The notes: generated from the sequence alone by a model not told the origin. A stretch of DNA of 13,451 nucleotides from Gemmatimonadota bacterium (GCA_040905425.1 JBBDRO010000089.1:5990-19440); one strand, 5' to 3'; counted from the first letter of the stretch, positions 1-8,597 are shown. Translations and numbers: made by a program.

Positions 1-2
1 TC

Positions 3-2459
3 GGCCAGCCGTTCGGTCCCAATCCCGAGCGTGGCGTCTATCGTACCCGGAACGGGGGGCAGAGCTGGGACAGGGTGCTCTTCATCTCGGACAGCACGGG
101 CGTCTCCGACCTGGACGTGGACCCATCCAATCCCGACGTGATCTACGCCGGCGCCTGGCGCGCGGAGCGGAAGCCGTGGACCATCATCAGCGGGGCCATG
201 GAAGGCGGCGTGTACAAGTCCACGAACGGTGGAGACAGCTGGGACAGACTCACCAACGGCCTGCCGCGGGGCCTGACCGGCAAGATCTCGATAAGCGTAT
301 CGCCCGCCCGGCCGAACCGCGTGTTCGCCCTCATCGAGGCGCTGCCCGAGGAGATCGGGCTCTACCGGAGCGACGACGCGGGCGCCACCTGGAGCCGCGT
401 CAGTGACAACGGCGCCCTCGTGGGCCGGCCCTTCTACTACACCTACGTGGACGCCGACCCGGTGGACCCGGACCTGGTGTACGTCAACAACCTGTCCTTC
501 CAGCGCTCGCGGGACGGCGGCGTCAGCTGGGAGCGCGTGAACACGCCGCACGGGGACAACCACGGCATATGGATCAATCCCGACAACCCGGACATCTTCA
601 TCCAGTCCAACGACGGCGGCGTGAACGTCACGCAGGACGGCGGGGAGACCTGGACCACGCAGATGAACCAACCCACGGCCGAGATCTACCAGGTTGCCGT
701 GGACAACGATCAGCCCTACAAGCTCTACGGCGCCCAGCAGGACAACAGCACGGTCATCATCTCCAGCGAGAGCCGCGGCGAGTTCGACAGCGGTCCGGGG
801 TGCGAAACCGGCCCCATCCTACCGCATCCGACCAGGGAGCACATCATCTACGGCGCCTGCAAGGGCCGCCATTACGTGACGAATGAGAAGACCGGCCAGA
901 CGCTGGAATACTCCATCGGCTCCATGGACTTCTACGGCTTCAATCCCGGGGACATGCCGTATCGTGTCCAGCGCGTGGCGCCGCAGGTGACCTCTCCGCA
1001 CGATCCCGACGTGCTCTACTTCGGCACGCAGTACGTGCATCGCACGAGCGACATGGGCGCCACCTGGGAGACCATCTCGCCCGACCTCACGTGGAATCCC
1101 GCGATGGGGCACGTGCGCTCCGGCACGCCCATCACCGAGGACATCACGGGTGAGGAGTACTACTCCGTCCTCTATGACATCATGGAGAGCCCGGTGCGCA
1201 GGGGCGTCATCTGGGCCGGCTCCAACGACGGGCTCATGCACGTCACGCAGGATGACGGTCGCAGCTGGAGGAACGTGACGCCCGCCAACTTCCCCGAGGG
1301 TGGCCGCATCAACGTCGTGGAGCCGTCCCCCCACGATCCGGCCAAGGCGTACTTTGCTTCGTACCGCTTCCTCTACAACAATGACTTCGCGCCCTACATC
1401 TACCGCACGAACGACTACGGACAGACGTGGACGCGGCTCACCACGGGCAGCAACGGCATTGCCGCCGACAACCCCACGCGCGTGATCCGCGAGGATCCCG
1501 AGCGCGCGGGGCTGCTCTACGCCGGCACCGACGACGGCATGTACATCTCCTTCGACGACGGCGCCAACTGGCAGCGCTTCCAGCAGAACCTGCCCATCAC
1601 GCCGATCACCGACATCGAACTGGCGCACGGGGACGTGATCCTGTCCACCATGGGGCGGGCGTTCTGGATCCTGGATGATCGCTACCCGCTCTTCGAGATG
1701 AGCCCGGCCGTGGCGCAGGAGCCCGTGCACATCTACGACATTCCCACCGCCTACCGCGGCGGGGACGGAGCGCTCATCAGCTATTCCCTGGCGTCCGCGC
1801 CCTCCGGAAACGTGACGCTGGAGATCGTGGACGGCTCGGGCAACGTGGTCAGCACGGTCAGCAGCGCCGCGGCAGCCGGCGGCCAGCAGGGCATGCGCGG
1901 TGGTCAGGGTCGCTTCGGCGGAGGCGGCGCTCGTGGCTTGACCGCCGAGCGCGGCCTCAACCGCTACACCTGGAACCTCTCGAATACGGACGGACTGGGC
2001 GTGCTGCCCGGCCGCTACACCGCGCGCATCCGTGCCGGTGGCGCTACCGCCGAGAAGCCATTCCAGGTGGCGATCCTGCCGGCGCTGGTGGCGGAGGGGA
2101 TGACCGCGGCGGACCTCCGCGAGCAGCGCGAGATGACCCTGCGGGTGCAGGCCCTCTCCGAGCAGGCCCGCAGCATCACGGAGCGCATCGAGGCCGCCAG
2201 GGCCACGCTCCAGCAGCGCAACGCCACCGCGCTGCTCACGCGCCTGGAGGCCATCGAGGACGCCTTCGTCAACGAGCGCGGCTCGACCTATCCGGAGCGT
2301 CGCCTGAACACGCAGATCGGCCGGCTCAGCAGCTTGGTCTCCCGCGGCGAGCGCAAGGTGGGCAACCATGACCGCATGCGCTACGAAGAGCTGTCGGCGG
2401 AGGTGGCGCAGCACGCGGCCGCGCTGAACCGGCTGCTCGCAGAGGCGGGCATCGGCTGA
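3..2459 (+). CDS. BNR/Asp-box repeat beta-propeller protein (VPS10/sortilin-like, glycosyl hydrolase-like), 5'-truncated by the window edge
   Basis: The frame is open from position 3 (GQPFGPNPERGVYRTRNGGQSW), so the GTG at 75 is internal. It has many SxDxGxTW Asp-box repeats (KSTNGGDSW, RSDDAGATW, RSRDGGVSW, TQDGGETW, TSDMGATW, TNDYGQTW, SFDDGANW). The C-terminus has an Ig-like segment (GLNRYTWNL...PGRYTARI) and a helical tail. Codon usage is strongly GC3-biased. Confidence 0.9.
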   Translation, partial: GQPFGPNPERGVYRTRNGGQSWDRVLFISDSTGVSDLDVDPSNPDVIYAGAWRAERKPWTIISGAMEGGVYKSTNGGDSWDRLTNGLPRGLTGKISISVSPARPNRVFALIEALPEEIGLYRSDDAGATWSRVSDNGALVGRPFYYTYVDADPVDPDLVYVNNLSFQRSRDGGVSWERVNTPHGDNHGIWINPDNPDIFIQSNDGGVNVTQDGGETWTTQMNQPTAEIYQVAVDNDQPYKLYGAQQDNSTVIISSESRGEFDSGPGCETGPILPHPTREHIIYGACKGRHYVTNEKTGQTLEYSIGSMDFYGFNPGDMPYRVQRVAPQVTSPHDPDVLYFGTQYVHRTSDMGATWETISPDLTWNPAMGHVRSGTPITEDITGEEYYSVLYDIMESPVRRGVIWAGSNDGLMHVTQDDGRSWRNVTPANFPEGGRINVVEPSPHDPAKAYFASYRFLYNNDFAPYIYRTNDYGQTWTRLTTGSNGIAADNPTRVIREDPERAGLLYAGTDDGMYISFDDGANWQRFQQNLPITPITDIELAHGDVILSTMGRAFWILDDRYPLFEMSPAVAQEPVHIYDIPTAYRGGDGALISYSLASAPSGNVTLEIVDGSGNVVSTVSSAAAAGGQQGMRGGQGRFGGGGARGLTAERGLNRYTWNLSNTDGLGVLPGRYTARIRAGGATAEKPFQVAILPALVAEGMTAADLREQREMTLRVQALSEQARSITERIEAARATLQQRNATALLTRLEAIEDAFVNERGSTYPERRLNTQIGRLSSLVSRGERKVGNHDRMRYEELSAEVAQHAAALNRLLAEAGIG

Positions 2460-2484
2460 GGTCGTCTCAAGCGACGTCCCCTGT

Positions 2485-2526
2485 CACGCCGCCCCGCGTC
2501 GCTCATCTCCGCCGCGGGGCGGCGTG
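2485..2526 (+). terminator. GC-rich hairpin after the propeller gene; probable terminator or 3' stabilising stem
   Basis: Perfect 14-bp inverted repeat CACGCCGCCCCGCG (2485-2498) / CGCGGGGCGGCGTG (2513-2526) with a 14-nt loop, 25 nt after the stop codon. There is no U-tract. Confidence 0.55.
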
Positions 2527-2550
2527 CATCTTCGAGGTGGTAGGGCAGCT

Positions 2551-2952
2551 ATGCGGATCCTCTTCCTGGTGCTCTGCGCGGCGGGACTGCTGCGGCCGCC
2601 GGCGGCGGCCGCCCTGGAACGGGCGGGTGCGGACGTGCTGCGCACGCCACCTCCCGTACAGGTAGCGCTCAGGACGGGCGGGTGGCGGGCCGCGCAGCCG
2701 CGCCTGACCGACGTCGTGATCGTCGCGGACCGATTCGCTCCCTTGCCCCCCGAGACGCGCGTGCTGGCATTGGCCGCGCTCGGCTCGGGCGCGGGCTTCC
2801 TGGATGGCGCCCTGTTTGGCGCGGTGGTGGGGATCGTCCCTGGCGCTCTGCTGGGCAACAGGGGTGGGCGGGCTTTCGACGGGGCCGGCTTCGTGGCGGG
2901 CTACGCCCTCTTGCAGGGCCTTTTCACGGCAATTACCGTGGCGAATCGCTGA
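2551..2952 (+). CDS. Hypothetical secreted/membrane protein with glycine-zipper-like hydrophobic C-terminus (133 aa)
   Basis: ATG at 2551 follows a purine-rich stretch. The N-terminus looks like a signal peptide (MRILFLVLCAAGLLRPPAAAA). The C-terminal hydrophobic helices are GxxxG-rich (GFLDGALFGAVVGIVPGALLG; GAGFVAGYALLQG). Confidence 0.6.
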   Translation: MRILFLVLCAAGLLRPPAAAALERAGADVLRTPPPVQVALRTGGWRAAQPRLTDVVIVADRFAPLPPETRVLALAALGSGAGFLDGALFGAVVGIVPGALLGNRGGRAFDGAGFVAGYALLQGLFTAITVANR

Positions 2953-2987
2953 GGGCTGCTCGTACGCGCGGGTGTGGCCCCGCCCGC

Positions 2988-3350
2988 TCAGCCGGAGGCA
3001 TCCCGACCCAGGTGCGTCTCCACCAGGCACTTCAGTGCGCCAAAGTCAAGCGGCTTCACGAGCAACCTGGTCGCGCGCCCCCGCCATATGCCGAAGTCAT
3101 CGGGCATGGCGCCGACCAGGAGAAGGACGGGCGCGTCGGGCATGCGTTTTCGGATGCCCTCCAGCATTGCACCGGTGCGCTCGCCCCCCGCGTCGCTGGC
3201 CAGGAGCCAGAGGCGCGGCCCTGCGGCAAAGATCTCCGCCATTCCTGCCGTCCCATCGCCGGAAGAAATCGTGTCCAGACCCCACCGTGCCAGCGCCCGC
3301 TCGAGCACCGCTCGCACCGCGGGGTCCGGCTCCAGGACGGCCACGTCCAC
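2988..3350 (-). CDS. Stand-alone degenerate response-regulator receiver (REC-like) domain protein; start uncertain (GTG 3350 or 3398)
   Basis: CheY-like pattern: VAVLEPDPAVRAVLERALARWGLDTISSGDG ... PRLWLLASD ... IRKRMPDAPVLLLVG ... ATRLLVKPLDFGAL, with the conserved KP motif. About 120 aa. The ORF-track start at 3497 overlaps the divergent gene and is unlikely. Confidence 0.7.
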   Translation of the reverse strand: MDVAVLEPDPAVRAVLERALARWGLDTISSGDGTAGMAEIFAAGPRLWLLASDAGGERTGAMLEGIRKRMPDAPVLLLVGAMPDDFGIWRGRATRLLVKPLDFGALKCLVETHLGRDASG

Positions 3351-3415
3351 GCTGTGGGCGCCGCCTTGCCCTCCCTTCCCGCGATCTCTAAGCTTCACCG
3401 TGTAACCAGAGCGAA

Positions 3416-3432
3416 AGTGGACGGAGTGGACG
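3416..3432. promoter_or_regulatory. Tandem direct repeat AGTGGACG-G-AGTGGACG in the divergent intergenic region; candidate operator
   Basis: Exact 8-mer at 3416-3423 and 3425-3432, between the divergent REC-like and HTH genes. Confidence 0.3.
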
Positions 3433-3464
3433 CCCCACCTTAGTGCGCGGTGGCGGGCGGAGCA

Positions 3465-3863
3465 ATGGCTGAACGGCATCCCGCTCTGCCCGTACATCGG
3501 CTACGCGACGCCGTGGCGGTTCGGGTCCGCTACCGCTCCCTCCGTCAGGTGGCGCGGGAGGTGGGCATGAGTCCCACGGGCCTGCGGAAGTTCCTGGATG
3601 GGTCGGAGCCCTACAGTGCCACCCGGCTGAAGCTCGAACATTGGTACGTGCTGGAGCGCCTACCCGATGACATCCCCTCCACGGATGCAGCCAGAGTGGC
3701 GCTGAGCACCCTCACCCGCGGCCTCCCCGCGGACGGCGCGGACGGTGCGCGCGCCACTGAACGCCGCCTCCTGGACGTGCTGGAGCGCGCCCACGCGCGC
3801 GCGACCGCCGGCCATGCGCCCTCGTGGATCCGGGAGCTGAGGCATGGCCTGCAAGAGGGGTGA
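3465..3863 (+). CDS. Small helix-turn-helix (XRE/Cro-like) DNA-binding protein (132 aa)
   Basis: SLRQVAREVGMSPTGLRKFLDG is a typical HTH signature, followed by a helical C-terminal domain. ATG 3465 lies just after GGAG; GTG 3450 is an alternative start. Confidence 0.75.
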   Translation: MAERHPALPVHRLRDAVAVRVRYRSLRQVAREVGMSPTGLRKFLDGSEPYSATRLKLEHWYVLERLPDDIPSTDAARVALSTLTRGLPADGADGARATERRLLDVLERAHARATAGHAPSWIRELRHGLQEG

Positions 3864-3925
3864 GGCTGGTGCGCTTAGAGGATCCACCTTTGTCATCCGG
3901 CCGTGACCGTCGTGGGGCACAACAG

Positions 3926-6900
3926 GTGAGCGTTCTTCACGGTCTCTGGCACACGGCGCACGGCCTCTGCCTCTGGGCCGAACTCCAGCGCACCACCAAC
4001 GGGGGCGCGGGGGCGGCTGGCGCAGCCCTGGATACCGCTTCCCACGACGCCATTCGCGCTGCCCTCGACTCGGCTGGCGTGGACCCGTTCCGCTGCCCGG
4101 CGCGCCACGGCGCACTGGAGCTGTTCGTGCCTGCCACCGGTTCCAACCCCGCCCGCTCGCCATTCGTCCTGCCTCCCGCCGGAGCGGAACTGCCGCCGGA
4201 CACGAATGGAATCGTGGGTGTGGCCGTGCCGGTGCTCGGCTTCCGGGGCAGCGCGGCGGCCGAGGTGCTGCTCAACCTTGGTCGCTCGTCCTCGGATCCC
4301 ATGGGGCCCGCCCCCGTCGAGCCGGCGGACGATCTCCGCTTCCTCTGCGAGGCGGCCATGGCCGCCATCGAGCGAGTGGCCCGCGGTCGCGTCTTACCGG
4401 CGTTCGAGCAGACCGGTGACATGGTCGAGGCGCGCTGGGTTCCCGTGCCCGGGGATGAGGTCGCCGACCGGCTGGAGAGCCTGGGCCACCTGTTGCCCCC
4501 AGCCGGGCGCGCCGCTGAGCCCGAGGTGGCTCCGGCGGAGCTGGTGGCCCGGACCTTCGCCGCGCTGGTGGATGCCACCGCCCGACTGGCCCTGGCCACC
4601 GCGCCCGAGGTGGAGGCGGGCGAAGGCGGCGGATGGATCGAGCCGTTGCTCGCCCCCGAATCCACCGCGCAGCGGTCCACCGACGCCCTGGGCCGCACGG
4701 CCCGCGCAGTGACCGCCTGGACGCGACCGCTGAGAGCGGCGGAGGGTCGAACGTTTCGCACCTGCTTCCGGCTCGTGGCGCCGGCGGCGCCGGCGGATAC
4801 AGGGGCGGCGCAGGAGCCGGACGATGCGCCGTCGTCGCTGCGGGCGCACGCAGCGCCCGGAGGGCCGGAGCGCGATGCATGGCGGGTGGAATTCCTCCTC
4901 CAGGGCCTTGAGGACCGCTCCCTGCTGGTTCCCGCAGAGCACGTGTGGCGCGGGGGGGCGCATCCCTTCCGGGCCCGCGGAGGTGGCATAGCCGCGCCAC
5001 GGGAGGCATTGCTGGCCGACCTGGCCAGGGGACGTCGCCTTCATCCACCGCTGAATGCCGCGCTGCGTACAGGAGCGCCCACGGCGCTGGAACTGGACGC
5101 CACCGGTGCCCATCACTTCCTGCGCGAGGGCGCCCCGGCGCTCGAGCGGGCGGGGTTCGGCGTGCTCGTTCCGCCGTGGTGGAAGGATCGTCGGGCCAGG
5201 CTCGGCGTGCAGGTGGAGGTGAGTTCGGATGCCACTTCCTCGGGGCTGCTCGGCCTGGAGGGACTGCTTGCGTACCAATGGCGGTTGGCCGTCGGGGATC
5301 AGGTGCTGGACGCCGATGAGTTCCGGCGACTGGCCGCTCACAAGGTGGGGCTGGTGAGGGTCCGCGGGACCTGGGTGGAGCTGGCGGCGGAGGACGTGGC
5401 CGCGGCGCTGCGGCTGCTGGAGATGGGACAGGGACCGGACCTGTCCCTGTTGGACGCCCTGCGCATGCAGGAAGGGCAGGAGGCCTCCCCCTTCGGGCTG
5501 CCCGTGGTGGGGGTGGACGGAGAGGGCCCGCTGGCAGAGCTGCTCCGGGGCACGGCGGAGATGCGGGTGGAGCCCGTGCCGGCGCCCGCGGGATTCCATG
5601 GCGAACTCCGCCCCTACCAGAGCCGCGGCCTCTCCTGGCTGGCCTTCCTGGACCGCCTGGGCCTCGGCGCCTGCCTGGCGGATGACATGGGGCTGGGCAA
5701 GACCATCCAGCTCCTGGCCCTCCTGGTCCACGAGCGGGAGGCGGCGGGCCCCGCTGTGCCTCCTCGGCCACGGAAGGCTGGCCGGAAGCGCGGACGCAAG
5801 CCGGCGCCGGTGCCGCCCACGCTCCTGATCTGCCCCATGTCCGTGGTGGGCAACTGGCAGCACGAAGCGGCGCGCTTCGCGCCGGGGCTCCGGGTCCACG
5901 TGCACCACGGCGGGGACCGCGCCACGGGCAAGGCGTTCGCCCGCGCCGCGGCCAGGGCGGACCTGGTGCTCACCACCTACGCGCTGGCGGCCCGGGATCA
6001 CGAGGCCCTGGCCGCCGTGGCATGGCGCCGGGTGGTACTGGACGAGGCGCAGAACATCAAGAACGCCGCCACCCGTCAGGCCCGTGCCATCCGCGCCCTG
6101 CCGTCCGAGCGCCGCGTGGCCCTCACGGGCACCCCCGTGGAGAACCGCCTGAGTGAGTTGTGGTCCATCATGGACTTTCTGAATCCGGGGCTGCTGGGTG
6201 CGGAGCGGGGCTTCCGGCGGGACTATGCCCTGCCTATCGAGCGCTATCGGGACGGGGAGCGGGCCGACGCCCTCCGCCGGTTGACGGCTCCCTTCATCCT
6301 GCGTCGCCTGAAGACGGACGGGGGCATTATCCGGGACCTGCCGGACAAGCAGGAGATGAAGGTCTACTGCAACCTGACACCGGAGCAGGCCACGCTCTAC
6401 CAGGCCGTGGTGGACGAGATGATGCTGCGTATCGAGGAGAGTGAGGGGATGGAGCGCCGCGGCGCGGTGCTGGCCGGCATGCTCCGGCTCAAGCAGGTGT
6501 GCAACCATCCCTCCCACATGCTGGCGGACCGCTCGCCGCTGCCTGCCCGCTCGGGAAAGCTGGCGCGCCTGGAGGAGATCCTGGAGGAGGTGCTGGCCAG
6601 CGGCGAGCGGGCACTGGTCTTCACCCAGTTCGCCGCCTGGGGAGAGCGGCTTCAGGCACACCTGCGGGAGCGCTTCCGTCGCGAGGTATTCTTCCTGTCC
6701 GGACGGACCGGGCGAGGGGAGCGGGAGCGGCTGGTGGCGCATTTCCAGGGTCCCGAGGGACCGCCCATCCTGCTGCTCTCCCTCAAGGCGGGTGGCGTGG
6801 GCCTCAACCTCACCGCCGCCAACCACGTCATCCACTTCGACCGCTGGTGGAACCCGGCCGTGGAGGACCAGGCCACGGACCGCGCCTTCCGCATCGGTCA

Positions 6901-7090
6901 GCGCCGCAACGTACAGGTGCGGAAGTTCGTCTGCGCCGGCACGCTGGAGGAGCGAATCGACGCCATGATCGAGAGCAAGAAGGAGCTGGCCGAACGCATC
7001 GTGGGGAGTGGCGACGGCTGGGTCACGGAGCTCTCCACGGCGGAGCTCCGGGAGCTGGTGGCCCTGGGGCCGGACGCCGAGGCGGAGTGA
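3926..7090 (+). CDS. SNF2-family helicase/translocase (DUF3670-like region + SNF2_N + Helicase_C), HelZ/Rv2101-like (about 1054 aa)
   Basis: Motifs present: LRPYQxxG, Walker A LADDMGLGKT (5675-5704), DEAQNIKN (from 6041), LTGTPVENRLSELWS, LSLKAGGVGLNLTAA, DRWWNPAVEDQATDRAFRIGQ. The start is placed at GTG 3926 because (M)SVLHGLW matches the usual N-terminus of this subfamily. It ends in the typical WVTELSTAELRELVAL. Confidence 0.95.
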   Translation: MSVLHGLWHTAHGLCLWAELQRTTNGGAGAAGAALDTASHDAIRAALDSAGVDPFRCPARHGALELFVPATGSNPARSPFVLPPAGAELPPDTNGIVGVAVPVLGFRGSAAAEVLLNLGRSSSDPMGPAPVEPADDLRFLCEAAMAAIERVARGRVLPAFEQTGDMVEARWVPVPGDEVADRLESLGHLLPPAGRAAEPEVAPAELVARTFAALVDATARLALATAPEVEAGEGGGWIEPLLAPESTAQRSTDALGRTARAVTAWTRPLRAAEGRTFRTCFRLVAPAAPADTGAAQEPDDAPSSLRAHAAPGGPERDAWRVEFLLQGLEDRSLLVPAEHVWRGGAHPFRARGGGIAAPREALLADLARGRRLHPPLNAALRTGAPTALELDATGAHHFLREGAPALERAGFGVLVPPWWKDRRARLGVQVEVSSDATSSGLLGLEGLLAYQWRLAVGDQVLDADEFRRLAAHKVGLVRVRGTWVELAAEDVAAALRLLEMGQGPDLSLLDALRMQEGQEASPFGLPVVGVDGEGPLAELLRGTAEMRVEPVPAPAGFHGELRPYQSRGLSWLAFLDRLGLGACLADDMGLGKTIQLLALLVHEREAAGPAVPPRPRKAGRKRGRKPAPVPPTLLICPMSVVGNWQHEAARFAPGLRVHVHHGGDRATGKAFARAAARADLVLTTYALAARDHEALAAVAWRRVVLDEAQNIKNAATRQARAIRALPSERRVALTGTPVENRLSELWSIMDFLNPGLLGAERGFRRDYALPIERYRDGERADALRRLTAPFILRRLKTDGGIIRDLPDKQEMKVYCNLTPEQATLYQAVVDEMMLRIEESEGMERRGAVLAGMLRLKQVCNHPSHMLADRSPLPARSGKLARLEEILEEVLASGERALVFTQFAAWGERLQAHLRERFRREVFFLSGRTGRGERERLVAHFQGPEGPPILLLSLKAGGVGLNLTAANHVIHFDRWWNPAVEDQATDRAFRIGQRRNVQVRKFVCAGTLEERIDAMIESKKELAERIVGSGDGWVTELSTAELRELVALGPDAEAE

Positions 7091-7100
7091 GGAGGCAGGC

Positions 7101-8597
7101 ATGAGTGGCTGGCAGTGGCACTTCCCGAAGTACCCGGAGGCCCGGCCCCGGGCCGCGGACGGACATAGGGCCCGCAGTCAGCGCGGGGCCATCGGGGAGA
7201 CCTGGTGGTCGCGCCGCTTCGTGGAGGCGCTCGAGGCCCTGGCGCTGGGCTCCCGGCTCACCCGCGGCCGATCCTACGCGCGGAGCGGCCAGGTGATCGA
7301 ACTCGTGGTGGAGCCCGGCACGGTGCGCGCCCGCGTGCAGGGCACGCGCAAGCGGCCCTACGAGGTACGGCTGGCTGTGCGCCCCCTCACGGAGGAGGAG
7401 TGGGCGCGGGTGGCCGACACCCTGGCCGGGGAGGCGCTGCACGCCGCTGAACTCCTGGCCGGGGAGCTGCCGCTCGAGCTGGAGGAGGTCTTCACGCGCG
7501 CCAACCTGTCCCTCTTCCCGGCCGGAGCGGGGGACTTGGAGATGGACTGCTCGTGCCCCGACTTTGCCAGCCCGTGCAAGCACGCTGCCGCCAGCCTCTA
7601 CATCCTGGCCGAGGCCTTCGACCTGGATCCCTTCCTCATCCTGGCACTGCGCGGCTGGCCCCGGGAGCGGCTGCTGAACGAGTTGCAGGCACGGCAGGTG
7701 GAGGAGTTGAGGCTGGCGGCCGAGGCTCTCGATCATCACCCAGCAGATCCTTCAAGCGACGATGATGCATCCGCTTCCCAGGGCTCCTCCACGCCCGCGC
7801 CCCCCCTGCCTATCGATCCGCGCGCCTTCTGGCGTGCGGCCGGGCACGGGCACGCGCCCGCGGGGACGGCAGCGCTACCCCTGGACCCACGGGCGCCCGA
7901 GCACCCTGACGCCATGCTCCAGGAACTGGGCCCGCCCCCGGCAGGCGGTCCCCCAGCAGCCGCCCTGACGGCGGCGCTCGGCGCCGCCTATCGCGCCATG
8001 GCGCCCGCCGCCGAGCGGTTGGCGCGCGGCGAGATGCCGCCACCCACCAGTTCCCCGGGTACAGCAAGCACGCGCACCGGTGCCAGTACGCGTACCTCCG
8101 GCGGCGGCGGCGGCAGCAACAGCGGCGCTGCCCGGCCCAGGCCCCGACGCTCGCGCCCGGCCAGGGCGTCCGCGCGGACGGCGCCCATCGTACTGGCGGC
8201 CACGTCGCATGCGCCCGGGCAGGAGGTCCACACCGCCGTAGCGTGCACCCGCCGGCGCAAGGGCTCGGCGTGCCCCGGTCGCCTGTATGTCTTCCTGGAG
8301 AGCGAGGAGGCGAACATCCAGTGGCGCTGTCCCACATGCGGCGGCGCCGGCACCGTCACCGACTGGGCGTGCACGGAGTGGGACCTGGGTGGCCCCGGCG
8401 CGCTGGATGAAGCGGCGGAGGAGCGCCTGCTATGGATCATTGCCGCTCCGTCCTACGATGCCATCCGGGCGCTCACCTTCCAGGATCTGGCGGTGGAGCA
8501 GGCGGTGCGCGGCGCACGCACCGTGGCGGGGGGCATCATGCTTGAGGCCTCGAAGCTCACCATGGGGCAGCTCGAGGACGCGCTGGCCGAGCCTTGA
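7101..8597 (+). CDS. SWIM zinc-finger protein (Rv2102-like) with long linker and additional C-terminal Cys-rich domain (498 aa)
   Basis: GAGGAGG Shine-Dalgarno precedes ATG 7101, 10 nt after the SNF2 stop. The protein has TWWSRRF...RLTRGRSYARSGQV...VQGTRKRPY, the SWIM motif CSCPDFASPCKH (7548-7583) and DPFLILALRG. A second Cys cluster C-X8-C-X18-CxxC lies at 8244-8339. Confidence 0.92.
   Translation: MSGWQWHFPKYPEARPRAADGHRARSQRGAIGETWWSRRFVEALEALALGSRLTRGRSYARSGQVIELVVEPGTVRARVQGTRKRPYEVRLAVRPLTEEEWARVADTLAGEALHAAELLAGELPLELEEVFTRANLSLFPAGAGDLEMDCSCPDFASPCKHAAASLYILAEAFDLDPFLILALRGWPRERLLNELQARQVEELRLAAEALDHHPADPSSDDDASASQGSSTPAPPLPIDPRAFWRAAGHGHAPAGTAALPLDPRAPEHPDAMLQELGPPPAGGPPAAALTAALGAAYRAMAPAAERLARGEMPPPTSSPGTASTRTGASTRTSGGGGGSNSGAARPRPRRSRPARASARTAPIVLAATSHAPGQEVHTAVACTRRRKGSACPGRLYVFLESEEANIQWRCPTCGGAGTVTDWACTEWDLGGPGALDEAAEERLLWIIAAPSYDAIRALTFQDLAVEQAVRGARTVAGGIMLEASKLTMGQLEDALAEP

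Noticed and set aside
1860..1940. Gly-rich GGQQGMRGGQGRFGGGG segment in the propeller protein
   Set aside because: Low-complexity GGRG-type loops are common in this protein family, so it is not distinctive.
819..2414. 531-aa antisense ORF
   Set aside because: Shadow of the strongly GC3-biased propeller gene, with no recognisable motifs.
2503..3443. Several overlapping 124-253 aa ORFs on both strands
   Set aside because: Arg/Pro/Ala-rich off-frame products overlapping the better-supported membrane-protein and REC-like genes.
3824..3925. N-terminal extension of the SNF2 ORF from the ORF track
   Set aside because: It overlaps the HTH gene, and the family-typical N-terminus begins at GTG 3926.
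4394..7102. 902-aa antisense ORF (and the 499-aa and 350-aa ORFs nearby)
   Set aside because: They lie opposite the clearly conserved SNF2 gene. Long stop-free antisense frames are expected in high-GC DNA.
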